Below are positions 21,854-35,845 of a stretch of DNA of 64,000 bases, one piece after another. The position numbers were made by a program, and so were the translations under genes. The notes under the pieces were generated by a model. The model was not told where the DNA came from, ran no database searches, and saw only the letters and a program-made list of their open reading frames with translations. The DNA comes from Bugula neritina (taxonomy: Eukaryota > Animalia > Bryozoa): the NCBI GenBank assembly GCA_964035545.1, contig OZ037773.1, forward strand, positions 3,997,751-4,061,750. Reading direction: 5' to 3'. Within the stretch, counting starts at the first letter, position 1, and the number at the start of each line of letters is the position of its first letter.

Positions 21854-22206
21854 TGTAGTGAGTCATGCAAAGTACAAATACGGGAATCGCCCTCTCTCCG
21901 TTCTTGGAATACTAAGACCCTTATGTAGCAAACAATTAGCAGCACCGGAAGATATGCTTCCGACTCACGTGACACTTCCCGGGTTATTAACAATTGATCA
22001 TGTTGTTGTAAGCGGAGGCTTGAAGTAGAAGCATGTGTTAGTAGTTGACTGATGTATAGGATAATTTGATGTGATGTTTACTTTATGTTTTATTGTGGAT
22101 AATAAATATAATTACTCGACAGCTACCCTAGTAATTGCTAGTAGAATAGCCAACTAAGTATACGCAAGTAGATAACTCACGCACAGTAATTGCACGAATT
22201 ACTACA
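21854..22206 (+). repeat. 3' LTR
   Basis: Direct repeat of 16840-17192, followed by TSD GTAT. Confidence 0.97.
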
Positions 22207-25120
22207 GTATGACTATCACTATGAGTATGACTATGAGTATGAGGTACTGGACTCATTTCAACTTTCAATAATAATTGGCAGTTAAAAGCTTTTTAGCGTC
22301 TAAACAGTGCTAACTCTAACTCGTTGGGTCTACTTTAGTAGCTACCACCAAGATATTATAGCTTTTACTTTGCCCAATACCATCTAATTTCGCGTTACTT
22401 TATTTCACCACTGTAAGTATTCCGGGTAGTTCTGGAATTTCCTAGAGTCGAGTGCTCTCACGCGTACGAAGATAGTAAAGTTGCACGTTTTAGCCTCAAA
22501 ATTACGTTCTAGGATACAGGGATGGGGGGTTTAGCCGCGTGAAGCAATTTGTAAACTGAAGGGCTAAAAATTTCATCATCGTTTTTACCGTAAAGCATCG
22601 TGCACTAAAAGTAATTGTTTATCTCACTCATCATGATCATTATTATTATAACCGTAACGCGTGTACTAGTACTGGTACAAGTACAAACTCTTTGGCATGA
22701 ACTAAAGCTAAAGATCATTAAATTGCAAGTTTTTTAAAATTTCTCGCATTTTAGTACTGTATCACCCTATTATTTGTTTGAATTGAGAAGCTCAAGCTGT
22801 AAAAGTTTCATATTAAATTTTAATTTAAAATAGTTAATTTTTCAAGTTGCAAAACTGTTGCCGTTGGTGTTAACTCAACTGTTAACTGTAAAGTCATAGT
22901 GTTGCTGTTAGTGTTTACACTTACTGTAAGTGTAACTCAAACTGTTAGTGACAGTGTTAGTGTTACGTTTGGCTTTTTAGTTTTACTTTTACTTTTAGAT
23001 TTGATTATAGTTTTTCTTGATTCACCAATTAATACTCGGTAATACTAATAGTAATAGTAATACTAATAGTAATACTTAAGTTATAGTAATACTAATAGTA
23101 ATAGTAATACTTATACTAAAACTAAAAGTCCAAAACTCTCGGTATTACTATGTTATTGTTCATAATCATTGTTAATCATAATGTTACACTAACTCTAATA
23201 CATAGTGATAGTCACTTAGTGATAGTGATGGTCTTATATTAATATTTATTGTATTTTAGTTTGTTGATTTTAGTTTTTCTTTTAGTCTTACTCTTAAACC
23301 TTATCTAAGGTAATCACTAAAAGTAAAACTAAATGTAACCGTATTGGTAGTACTAATACTAATAGTAATACTGATACTAATACTAGAAATAATACACTTA
23401 CAGTAACCGTAAGTGAGCAATTCAAATAATTATTATTATTAGTATAGTAATACTAATAGTAACAACTGAAAGCTAAAATCATACTCGTAGTCGTAGTCCT
23501 AGTGATACTGATGGTCATAGTACCTGAGAAACTTTAAGTTTATCAACCAATGGAATTTTTTTTAGTACTTTTGTCACTTCGTATTACCTAGTCTAATGGT
23601 AATCTAAGTCGTTTTAGTTTTACAGTCCTGCATAAGGTTTTCGTTTTCACTATAAATTTGCATTATGATTATGTTGATATTTGTTACATACAACTAATAG
23701 TAATACTAAATTAAAATTAATCTATTAATATTAAATTCAGTATTGGTAACCATTGTCATGTTGTTGAACTTGATAGTGAGTCTCTGCGCATAGAAATGCA
23801 AAAATTGTAAATACTGTTTTAATGTTCAATCTCTTATAAGTTTTAAGCCTAATGATAATGAAGCAGTTGAAAATAGTAAAATTAATAAAATTATTTGGAC
23901 TGTAATTATAGAAACTAAGGAATCCCTAATTTCTATGGCTTTTGTTATCTAGTGATGATAAACTTTTTTTCTCATCCGGCTGTAGTGAGTAATATTGCTG
24001 AAGCTTGCTGTAGAACAATCAGACTGACTGTTAAAGAGTTTTTATTGTTTTTTATTCTTATTCATAGATAATTTAGTAGACAATACGTTTTTAATTTTAG
24101 TTGCACAAACTTTTAATTTTCTTTCGTATTTTAGTAAACTACTAGCAATTTCTTAGATATGCATAACCTGTCTTAATAATTTTACTACTGGACAATACCC
24201 AAAAGTAATAAAATTTAATTAAGGGTCTAAGATGCCAGAAATGATGTGGAAAAAGAACGAGTTAAATAAGTGTGTGTGATGTAGCTTTTGGTGCTTATTA
24301 AGTTGTTTATTTCAGAGTGCATATATTTAACTAAAATCTCAATGTTGTCATCTGAACCAAGACATGCTGATGTCCTGGATGGAGGTGATAGGAGAGGATC
24401 TGGGCCCAGCTGCATTAGCGTCTGGGCCACTAGGTACCGCCAAACTCTCTAATAATCCATCTGGCTCTAATAGGCTTTAACTCCGTCAATCAAACTCAAT
24501 CATTTTGCACAATCGAATACAACTATGACCATTACAGCTTTGCATGCTGGCTATATTTAGTTCCACAATAACGCTGATGTTGGTTGGCCAATGTTTTGGA
24601 TTGTACGCATTCAAGCATGCCCTTATCCACAATGGACTTTTTCGTTTTTCCAAAGATCAATATTCTGGTGATGCAATTGTAGTCTATTTGTACAGTAAAT
24701 CAACTCAATGTCTTAAATCAATGAACAACAACAATACATCAGGATAGTTTTGGCAGCGTTTCAAATTATTGGCACCCAGCAGCAGTATTCTGCATAAAGT
24801 AGCAGCCTAGAGTGGCAGCGTAGAGTAGATTGGCAGCAGTAGTTTGCTCAAAGCTCTTGCTTATTAGACAAGCTAGTAGTGATTTAATGAATTTATATCT
24901 ATTGATTTTATTGACTTAAACCTTTTGTTCTTCACCTTTCTTCTCTTGTATATAAAATGTAAGTGTTGATCAGCTTTGTTTACTGTATGTTGTTTAGTAT
25001 TCAGCTGTTTGTTTCAGTGCTGTATTGGTTGTTATTGTTGATCTGTAGTAAATACTTGAGGACTGCAATACATTTTACCTGTCACCAGTGTTGTACTCAG
25101 CATAACAAGTGTGGCCTGCT

Positions 25121-28100
25121 ATGGGCACTATTGACTTCGTGGCCGGATGCTTTGGAGGTGAGTGAAATGTATGAACAGGAGTTTTCAACCTGTAGAGGTT
25201 TATATTAGTTGTAATGATGCTTTGCACACATTCACTAGGTCTAATTAGCAACTGGACTTGATGATGCACTAGACAGACTGTATAGAAATCTACTGAGTAA
25301 TAATGTGTTTATGAAGTCTTACATCAGTGGTAGTTTAATTTGCACTTGCTTCATGCAAATAAAATTCCTTTTAATGTTAAGTTATAATGACGAGTTGTCC
25401 AATCAGCTGTTAGCTGTCTAACAGGGGTTCTCTTTTGCGCTGCCTGACACTACTGCTGACTCTGTAGCAAGTCAGATATAGTACCCGACTATCATTCATT
25501 AGATGTTCTCACTCATTTTACTCAGGTTTCACACGCTCTATCCGAGGGCGTAATGTAATCACCATGTTATTCAGTCCGTTTTGTTACGTTGTAATGTAAC
25601 TGCGAATTAGTGATTGAGATATCAATCAGTAATCATTTTGATTACGCTCTAAGTAACTTATAATAATCGCTGTAGGAGCTGCAGGAGTCCTTGTGGGTCA
25701 CCCATTTGACACTCTGAAGGTAAGTGATACAGTTAACTTACACTTCACTTACACGTTGATTTATTTACATATATAGTAGGTGTAAGTTGCTTATCTGCTT
25801 GCTTATTGTGATTTTCATGTTCTATATGATTTATTTTCTTTGTTTATTGATGTAGTTGTTACTTTCTATTGAATAATGTTTAATGATCTGCTGGTTAAGC
25901 ATTTTGTTAGCTGAAATTTGATTGGGTTTATAGTGGATCTCCCTGTGAGAAACCCAGCGGAAAGGTTTTTTAAAAACAGGTTAACAACTTATTCTCTATT
26001 GTGGCTGAACTAGTGTTTAATAATAGACTAAGATGGCGGTAGCTTAACTGCCACTTTGCAACCAAAATAGTTTCTCTTCTGTAATCTATGCACTAATGGG
26101 ATAATTAGCCTCAGTGTGGTAAAGTCTGATTGATATTAGTTACTTAATCAGGTAAACCTTACCACAGACCTGTGGGTTTGAAGCTGTAAACATAGCATAT
26201 CCCATAGGTGTGTAACAGGTCACCTTCTAGCCAGTATCAGTCATAGCATTGGCATTTCTCAAGTTGTTGAAGTAGGATCTTATTTTCCATAATTCCTTTT
26301 GGAGTACATTTTGCATTGATTCATTATGTTTAGCAATGGGGATATTATGCGTACTGTGTACATATGTATGTAAGCTATAATATATGCATGCATGTAAGCT
26401 ATAATATATACATGTATGTAAGCTATAATATATACATGTATGTAAGCTATTATATATACATGTATGTAAGCTATAATATATACATGTATGTAAGCTATTA
26501 TATATACATGTATGTAAGCTATAATATATACATGTATGTAAGCTATTATATATACATGTATGTAAGCTATAATATATGCATGTATGTAAGCTATAATATA
26601 TACATGTATGTAAGCTATAATATATGCATGTATGTAAGCTATAATATATACATGTATGTAAGCTATAATATATACATGTATGTAAGCTATAATATATGCA
26701 TGTATGTAGAGATGTAGGCTGTAATATGTGCAGGTATATTTGCATGTTAGTTGTAGTATATACATGGATATATGTATGTAGGCTATAATATATACATGTA
26801 TCATATAATATTTATTATATGCATTTGCACATGTATGCAGGTATAATACATACATGAATGAATACATGAATACATGCATACATGCATACAAACTATAATA
26901 TGTTCATGTTTATGTGTAATGCAGGTGCGCATGCAAGGTTCCAGTGCTGTTTATAAAAGTACACTGGAATGTTTCAATTCCATTGTGAAGAAAGAGAGTG
27001 TCAAGGGGCTATACAAAGGTGAGTTTTATGAAAGGAAGTTTCTGATTGGCTGTTGTTATTGTTTGATTGTCGATGCCTATCCATATTGGGAAATAACTCA
27101 ACAAAGCTTGATAGTTTTAAGTCAGCAAATAAATCTTGTTTTTGTTGTATTGTATTTAAACTGGCAGCTAACCTCTCCCAGGTAGATTCATGGTTGAGCA
27201 AGCAAAATTCACATAACATTTGCATTATTTCCACTTGGTGTACTTGGATATTTGCTCACACACCTGATTGCTCTGGTTAATTTCACTAATATGTTTTAAA
27301 TGATAGCTGTGTTGTCCGTATGAGGTTTGGGTAGTTCAAGCAGCATTTATCACTGCTAGATAAGGAGTTGTCTCCCTTCGTGGCGCAACTGGGTGGCCTT
27401 AATATAAAAACTCACCCAAGTTTACACTCACTATCTCTGCGCGGAAAACCCTGGTGGAAAGGGTTTTTTAAGTGATCTAAGGACTTGTTCATATGTGACA
27501 CAGAAGCAATATGACTGGATGCTCTTCCTAACATCACCAATGGTCTTTATTGGAGATCGAGCCCATGACTTTGGCTTTACTAAGCAAACGCTCTAACCTA
27601 ATATCATGCTGACAAAATTATATGGCTAAAGTTTTTTGTGTCACAAGTTCAAACTTCTGCCCTGGTCGAGGGGTAGAGGTTGGGACTCGCCAGGGCAGCT
27701 TTTTTGTTTAACGTCTTTCTGCTTTTCGATGAGTATTCTGCCCTACTCTATTATGATGTTTGAAATTGTGTTTTTGATTTTAGGAGTTACTTCCCCTCTG
27801 TACTCGCTGGCGGCAATCAACGCCATCATATTTGGTGTCCAGGGAAACCTGTTGAGGCGAATGAAGAACCCGGATGCCTTGTCCTCACATTTCATGGCAG
27901 GTGCTACAGCAGGTGAGTTGTCAGCTACATCTCTCAGTGCAATGCAAGTCAACTATCTCCTGTCTTTGAGACTTTGTGAACTGGATTAGCTAGAAAATTT
28001 TGTCAACTATGATATCATTGGTCTAGATTTTGAACTGTTCTCTTATGATTAGGTAAAATTTTCATTTCGGCTCCACGTTGCATCTACGGCCCTAAGTTAA

Positions 28101-31100
28101 TGCCACCTGTACTAAAACTTGTGGCTATGTTTGATTTGTGATATGCAGGTTTCACCTATACACAGCGAGAAGTAGCGTGGACATGCTTGACTAGATACCA
28201 GTTTCATGCGACTCACATGTTGGATGATCACAAATGCCGAAACCAAATTATTTGCTAACCTACTATTTTAATTTTTTGTTACAAGCTAGGCGAGATAGCT
28301 GTTGTTTTTATCTGCAGATAATAGATAAAGATGTCAACTTCAAGATTTTCATTTTGAAGAAAGTGAATTTTTGCTGTCCTTTTCAGCTCCTTGGGTTTTG
28401 AAAATACATTTGTTTATCAATGCCAGGGTTCCTACAATGCGGGATATGTGGTCCGATGGAACTAGCTAAGATAAAGCTACAGGTTCAGGGGGAAGGTCTA
28501 AAGTACGGCAGCGTAAAGAGCATCGACTATACCGGCAGCATCGAATGTCTCGGGAAGATTTACAATATGGCGGGCTTTCGTGGAGTTTCCAGAGGTCTGT
28601 TTCTTTTTGTTCCAGTGTCTTTCCTCGTTCTCTTGTAAGAGTATTGTCAACAGAGACTGAACTGTTCAGAGAAATTTTAGTCAATTTTTTTAACCCAATT
28701 GCAAATAAGCTTGTATAATTTCTCTGCTAAATCTCTATTAGAATTACTAAAAGATATTATGTGATAATATAGCCCGAAATTTAATTCACACCTATGATTG
28801 GTTTACCTATTTGTTGTCGTCTATGTATGTTATGTTGAGTGTTATATTTAGCATTTACCTCTGGCAGGTATGATAGCAACTATATTAAGAGAGGTGCCAG
28901 CCTTTGGGACTTACTTTCTGACATATGAGTGGATCTGCCGTAAGATGACAAAGGATGTAAGTTCTAAGTCTATTCAAGCCTGTAAATACTTGCTGCTCTT
29001 TGTTGATGTGCTGGTAAACATGGATTGAGATGAAACCAAACTTTTGTTTTTAAATTACCAAGTGATTTCTAGCATTTTAAAACGTGCTTCTCTTACACTC
29101 TGAGAATTCAATTCTCTTAGATCAGTTTTTAACTGTTCACCTGTCTATCAACAGCTTTCCAAAAACTACCATTTTAATGAGTGTGCTGATTCCCTCTCAG
29201 TTTCCTGTCTGCTGATTCTCTCTCAGTTTCCTGTCTGCTGATTCCCTCTCAGTTTCCTGTCTGCTGATTCTCTCTCAGTTTCCTGTCTGCTGATTCCCTC
29301 TCAGTTTCCTGTCTGCTGATTCTCTCTCAGTTTCTTGTCTGCTGATTCCCTCTCAGTTTCCTGTCTGCTGATTTCTTCTCAGTTTCTTGTCTACTTATTT
29401 CTTCTCAGTTTCCTGTCTGCTGATTTCTTCTCAGTTTCCTGTCTGCTGATTTCTTCTCAGTTTCCTGTGTGCTGATTCTCTCTCAGTTTCCTGTCTGCTG
29501 ATTTCTTCTCAGTTTCCTGCCTGCTGATTTCTTCTCAGTTTCCTGTCTGCTGATTCCCTCTCAGTTTCCTGTCTGCTGATTCTCTCTCAGTTTCTTGTCT
29601 GCTGATTCCCTCTCAGTTTCCTGTCTGCTGATTTCTTCTCAGTTTCTTGTCTACTTATTTCTTCTCAGTTTCCTGTCTGCTGATTTCTTCTCAGTTTCCT
29701 GTCTGCTGATTTCTTCTCAGTTTCCTGTGTGCTGATTCTCTCTCAGTTTCCTGTCTGCTGATTTCTTCTCAGTTTCCTGCCTGCTGATTTCTTCTCAGTT
29801 TCCTGTCTGCTGATTTCTTCTCAGTTTCCTATCTGCTGATTCCCTCTCAGTTTCCTGTCTGCTGATTCTCTCTCAGTTTCTTGTCTGCTGATTCCCTCTC
29901 AGTTTCCTGTCTGCTGATTTCTTCTCAGTTTCTTGTCTACTTATTTCTTCTCAGTTTCCTGTCTGCTGATTTCTTCTCAGTTTCCTGTCTGCTGATTTCT
30001 TCTCAGTTTCCTGTGTGCTGATTCTCTCTCAGTTTCCTGTCTGCTGATTTCTTCTCAGTTTCCTGTCTGCTGATTTCTTCTCAGTTTCCTATCTGCTGAT
30101 TCCCTCTCAGTTTCCTGTCTGCTGATTCTCTCTCAGTTTCTTGTCTGCTGATTCCCTCTCAGTTTCCTGTCTGCTGATTTCTTCTCAGTTTCCTGTCTAC
30201 TGATTTCTTCTCAGTTTCCTGTCTGCTGATTTCTTCTCGGTTTCCTGTCTGCTGATTCTCTCTCAGTTTCCTGTCTGCTGATTCCCTCTCACTTTCCTGT
30301 CTACTGATTTCTTCTCAGTTTCCTGTCTACTGATTTCTTCTCAGTTTCCTGTCTGCTGATTCCCTCTCAGTTTCTTGTCTGCTGATTTCTTCTCAGTTTC
30401 CTGTCTGCTGATTCCCTCTCACTTTCCTGTCTACTGATTTCTTCTCAGTTTCCTGTCTACTGATTTCTTCTCAGTTTCCTGTCTGCTGATTCCCTCTCAG
30501 TTTCTTGTCTGCTGATTCTCTCTCAGTTTCCTGTCTGCTGATTCCCTCTCACTTTCCTGTCTACTGATTTCTTCTCAGTTTCCTGTCTACTGATTTCTTC
30601 TCAGTTTCCTGTCTGCTGATTCCCTCTCAGTTTCTTGTCTGCTGATTCCCTCTCAGTTTCCTGTCTGCTGATTCCCTCTCAGTTTCTTGTCTGCTGATTT
30701 CTTCTCAGTTTCCTGTCTGCTGATTTCTTCTCAGTTTCCTGTCTGCTGATTCCCTCTCAGTTTCTTGTCTGCTGATTCCCTCTCAGTTTCTTGTCTGCTG
30801 ATTCCCTTTGAGTTTCCTGTCTGCTGATTCCCTCTCACTTTCCTGTCTACTGATTTCTTCTCAGTTTCCTATCTGCTGATTCCCTCTTAGTTTCTTGTCT
30901 GCTGATTTCTTCTCAGTTTCCTGTCTGCTGATTCCCTCTCAGTTTCCTGTCTACTGATTTCTTCTCAGTTTCCTGTCTGCTGATTTCTTCTCAGTTTCCT
31001 GTCTGCTGATTCCCTCTCAGTTTCCTGTCTGCTGATTTATTCTCACTTTCCTGTCTGCTGATTCCCTCTCAGTTTCTTGTCTGCTGATTCCCTTTGAGTT

Positions 31101-32180
31101 TCCTGTCTGCTGATTCCCTCCCACTTTCCTGTCTACTGATTCCCTTTCAGTTTCTTGTCTGCTGATTCCCTTTGAGTTTGCTGTCTGCTGATTTCCTCTC
31201 AGTTTTCTGTCTGCTGATTTCTTCTCAGTTTCCTATCTGCTGATTTCCTCTCAGTTCCCTGTCTGCTGATTCCCTCTCAGTTTGCTCTTAATAGCGCATG
31301 TTCAACCCAATGAGTTGTATCCTCGTCTGTTTGTTAGTCTGAATTCTATTCTCATCTGTTCGTTAGACTGAGACGGAGTGTTCCACTGGCACCCTTCTTC
31401 TCTCAGGAGGTCTGGCCGGCTGTGCTGCCTGGATCATCACCTACCCTATTGACGTCATCAAAACTAGAATACAAACAGATGGAGCCCTTCGACAAGGTAA
31501 CAGGAAGTAGAAGTGGCTAGGCGGTGCTGATGTACTATTTAGGGTTATATGCACTAATAGTATATAGACTTTTGGCCATAGCTTCCTTGTAATATGTGTC
31601 ATGGCTATTACGTATTTAGGTTTTGTTATTTCAATACATTAAAGTCAGTTTAGGAATTTATCATCAAATGTTGAGCAATATTTTTCAGCTTCAATCTTGT
31701 TTTTTTGAGCATTTCAAACAGTCTGTTGAACTATTCCTTGTATTCTGTAGGGAGACTGGTATACAAATACTCTGGTTATTTAGACTGCATAAGAAAGTCT
31801 ATTTCAGCTGATGGGTACAAAGTGTTTGGTAAAGGTCTGAATGCTACTCTACTCAGGGCGTTTCCTACGAATGCGGCTACTTTCGCTGTAAGCATTTTAT
31901 TCGCAAGATGAGTTACTTTGTATTTTCAACTCACTCTGAGACAAATTTTGGGTCGGCCATTATTTCATCAGCTGTATATTCACTCTTTTATTTTGACTGC
32001 CAACATTTCTCAACTCTTTCTGTGGTGTTCATCTGCATACTTCCTGTATTAACTGTATACTTCTAGCACATCTTGTAGGTTGTTGCATGGATCCTGCGGC
32101 ATATGGCACCGTCGAATTCATCTAATGACAGGAAGTCGTCCATTGAACGAGCTACTTCCTTCGCTCAAATCGATGGATAA
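25121..32180 (+). CDS. SLC25A29: Mitochondrial basic amino acid carrier-like (SLC25A29/45/48 group), copy A (~309 aa)
   Basis: Exons 25121-25157, 25676-25719, 26925-27018, 27784-27912, 28427-28594, 28868-28956, 31367-31496, 31751-31887 and 32079-32180. Three carrier signatures ([24 protein letters not shown]), plus DFVAGC, FGVQGN and LLRAFPTNAATF. Confidence 0.92.
26362..26710. repeat. 24-bp minisatellite (catgtatgtaagctataatatata)
   Basis: About 14 near-identical units in intron 2 of copy A. Confidence 0.92.
29184..31285. repeat. 26-bp minisatellite, ~80 copies (gctgattccctctcagtttcctgtct)
   Basis: Continuous ~2.1-kb array filling intron 6 of copy A. Confidence 0.96.
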
Positions 32181-35100
32181 ATAAACTGAAGAAAACTTCA
32201 GATGCTGTAGTTTCTATTCACCTGAAGTTCTCTACTTGAATCTGCATATTTCGAACTGCGTACTTTCTTATTCAATTAAGTATTCCTTCCATTTAGCCAA
32301 AGTAGTTACACCTTTTGATTATATTTTTGTTACAATCTCTAGCCGGGTATATGTCAAATATTTATTCTAGAAGTAAATTGGAAGAGCTAAGGATTTTCGC
32401 TTTGTTTTTATTAATCCTTGTGTTGGGGTGGTCTCCCACAAAAAACTTTCCCTCTTTTCTGAAGAGAGCATAGTTGAGGACACATTTACTAGTAATGCTG
32501 ATTTAAGATTCAACTACTACCCTGCGAAACCCTCATCATGGCCCAGCACACGGATGTTCTTAAGAAGATTCCGCGCCTTTTTAAGCTCGTCATCCTTACT
32601 CCGTGTAACCTAGATCTTTCATTGGCACCTATTGGCCACACTATTTGTATTTATACATGTATATATAACGCTACCTATGGAATTTTTTATTAAAACACTG
32701 GTTTGTGCATTCTATCTTTATCAGTGTGCTGAAATCATATTCACCTCTAGTTAACTGGGTCTCTCTTGGTTTTGTTTTTCTCAATTTTACAAACATTTTT
32801 GTCGCAAGTTTTTTAATGAGTGAATCTCAACCCATATGAACAGTATTGTAAATACGTAACTATTATGCAGCTTTGTGCACTTTGAAGCAAATATCCGGTG
32901 CCCTCGTTTTCAAAATAAGAAAGTGGTTTTACTAGTAAATGTGGTTTTTAAAGTGAATCTCGTGCTTTAATGATTCTTTTCAATATTGGAGTAATTTGGA
33001 AATTTCCGGTTAATCTACAGTCTCAGCTCTGCAGAGTTAAGTTTGAAAATCTCTGAAAGTTATTCCATAGGTTTTATTATGCTGTAAGGTCAAACCAGAT
33101 CAAAATATAATATTGTAAGAAAACCATTTGAATAACATCAGTGAAGATGTCTACACAGGCACTTTCCCTTTGGAAATTGCCTCTGTAACTTCACAGCAAC
33201 CCTATTCTTATTCTGATTACATTAACATTATATGAATTAGTATTTTCTTTCAAAAAGAGCAACTTTTAATTCGGGTAGTTATTTCTGTCAATTTTACTGC
33301 TTGTGTTATTTTTACTGCTATGGTTATGAAATAAATGAATAATTCAGAAATATCTATATACTTTGATCATAATATATCTATTAAGATATTCAGCAATAAG
33401 TTATTGTTATTATAATCTGCACCTAGTCATGTTAATATCTATTTTGGAATCCTTTTATGCAGATCAATATTCCTGCATTGGCTGTAGTGTAGTGGCTAGT
33501 GCCTCTCGTACCCCAATAAAAAGATTGCGCACACATTGTGAAGCTTTTTACGGCGAGTCTACAATTTGCTACACTTCCTCTGTGTTGCAAATGATCTGCA
33601 TGCACTACTGGCGCTAAAGCTGGTCTAGTTTACACCAGAATACATATTGCTCTTTAGTGTAAACCTGCAGCAACATCTAGTTCTGCACCTTCTCTAGTCC
33701 TACTTGGCTTTAGATAAGATTCCCTTCATAATTTTGCATTTGCATTTATCATAGAAATTAGTAATCAGCTTCTGTCACTCAAAGACAGAGTTCATTCAAA
33801 CTTCCAATTTATCGTAGTTTGTGTTGAAGACCAATGTGTAGGCAACTAATTATGGATGGTAGTATTGCATGCAATATAAATATGGCCACTAGTATCTCAC
33901 CAGAAAGGTTTCCGCATGTTGCTACATGCTGTTGCTATATAACTCCTTACAGTGCCTATAGGCAGCATAATTATAATTGCACATGCAGGTAAAGATTTTC
34001 TATCTAGAATTTTTGTATGATTATAAAACCTGGAACTGCCAGTGAGAAATATGCACATCTAGAAAATAAATTTTAATGCATAACCGGGCTACACCATGCT
34101 ATGCGAGGTACTGCCGGCTCTTTATGGGCATTTATCCCCCCCCCCAACCTGTAAAGTCTTGAAGGTAATTATCAATTAGTTTCTTGTGAATATTACTGAT
34201 TCACAGATAGTCTTGGCAGAGCATAGCGCCAGCTAGCCAAGGAAAGATTCCAGATTCATGTATTAAAATGTGGACACATATGACTAGCTCTCAAGTAACC
34301 ATTCAGAGGTGATGTACAATAGCAACCTACCAGTAAAATTGAAATAAGTAACAAATTCTTATTTTCGGCCTCTAATAATTACTAATTGGAATGGGAGTGA
34401 AAAGGGAATTATCAACTAATTTAGATGTTATTGTGGTAGCCATGAACTTAGAAAGATGGCTTTAGCATAAATTACGGTTTGTAAAATACAAGTTGTACAA
34501 CATTGCATATCAACATGATTTTCTGTACTTACTACAGAAAATGCTCAATTTACAAAACACATACATGTATTTCTATATTTTTTTGTATTTGGCGAGTCTA
34601 ATAAACTCATTTTTTTATTTCAATTTCTTGAGTAAAAGTCCTTGATAACATATGCTAATTTTGCTGCGTTGAACTTTTACTTACAAGTTGGCAATTATCC
34701 AACAATTATTTACATCAATGTTAATATCGACCTGCAAGCTACTGCAGATAGCTGCTATAGTTTAATGCACTATAAAAGAGCAATATAATTACACACCCTC
34801 AGTAGCTATAGGCACAGTGTGTTACATATAGTAGAATACATTACTGCACTATATCTATTATAGTATTAACTCTTCTTTAACCACATTGTTATTTATCTAT
34901 CTTTTATTCTGAAATCATCCTACATATAGGCATCCCTCTCTTTCAAGCTAAAATGGTAGGTATGTGCTATATTATAATATTTCTCTATGTATTATGTTTA
35001 AATACAAACCAAACCAACAAATTAAACTCAATATTTATACTGAAGTATGCTTGTTAGGCAATTCCATCACGCCATATGTACAGGTTGCATTGCGTGCTGG

Positions 35101-35289
35101 TTTAAGCAAGCATAATCGGTAAAGTTATTATACTACTAGTTCGCCCTTTTGAGGAAGTACAGTACATACTTTACAAACCTTCTATAATATATTCCTGGGA
35201 TGCAAGAGCTTTGCAAGATATATGAGCAAACAGTATAATCCAATGATCACTAAATGTATTTTATGCATTATTAATTTATTCGATCTATG

Positions 35290-35565
35290 TATACAAAAAC
35301 TTTTCCTGGTTTTGTGTCAATATATTTACAAAAACTTTTCCTGGTTTTGTGTCAATATATTTACAAAAAATTTTCCTGGTTTTGTGTCAATATATTTACA
35401 AAAACTTTTCCTGGTTTTGTGTCAATATATTTACAAAAACTTTTCCTGGTTTTGTGTCAATATATTTACAAAAACTTTTCCTGGTTTTGTGTCAATATAT
35501 TTACAATAACTTTTCCTGGTTTTGTGTCAATATATTTACAATAACTTTTCCTGGTTTTGTGTCCA
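35290..35565. repeat. 35-bp minisatellite (~8 copies)
   Basis: Unit tatatttacaaaaacttttcctggttttgtgtcaa. Confidence 0.92.
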
Positions 35566-35699
35566 CTTAAGCACAAGACATAGTACCTAGTACCTGCTGA
35601 GTCTTTGCAATGGAAAGGCTAATGGTTTTATCAGAGTTAATTTTTATGATACATATTATAGAAGCTTTCTTCTATATAATATGAAAACCATATTTACCA

Positions 35700-35845
35700 T
35701 CACACACACACACACTCACACACTCACACACTCACACACTCACACACTCACACACTCACACACTCACACACTCACACACACACACTCACACACTCACACA
35801 CTCACACACTCACACACTCACACACTCACACACTCACACACACAC
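35700..35845. repeat. (CA)n/(CACACT)n microsatellite
   Basis: Visible compound repeat. Confidence 0.9.

Larger units (their letters stand above)
16840..22206 (+). mobile_element. Ty3/Gypsy-type LTR retrotransposon, non-autonomous, with an accessory gene
   Basis: Two 353-bp LTRs (TGTAGT...ACTACA), 4-bp TSD GTAT (16836-16839 / 22207-22210), PBS, G-rich PPT, gag, and a protease-to-integrase-remnant frame. The interior is GC-rich against the AT-rich host. Confidence 0.96.

Noticed and set aside
24200-24850. Possible transposase or other repeat remnant upstream of carrier A
   Set aside because: No TIRs, TSD or convincing protein motif could be established by eye.
26227-26891. Repetitive ORFs here and at 35222-35570, 59005-59478 (beyond exon 1), 60689-61108 and 62957-63943
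   Set aside because: Minisatellite or microsatellite translations with no independent coding evidence.
29184-31285. CRISPR-like appearance of the regular repeat arrays
   Set aside because: Units are head-to-tail with no unique spacers, there are no cas genes, and the context is a eukaryotic intron.
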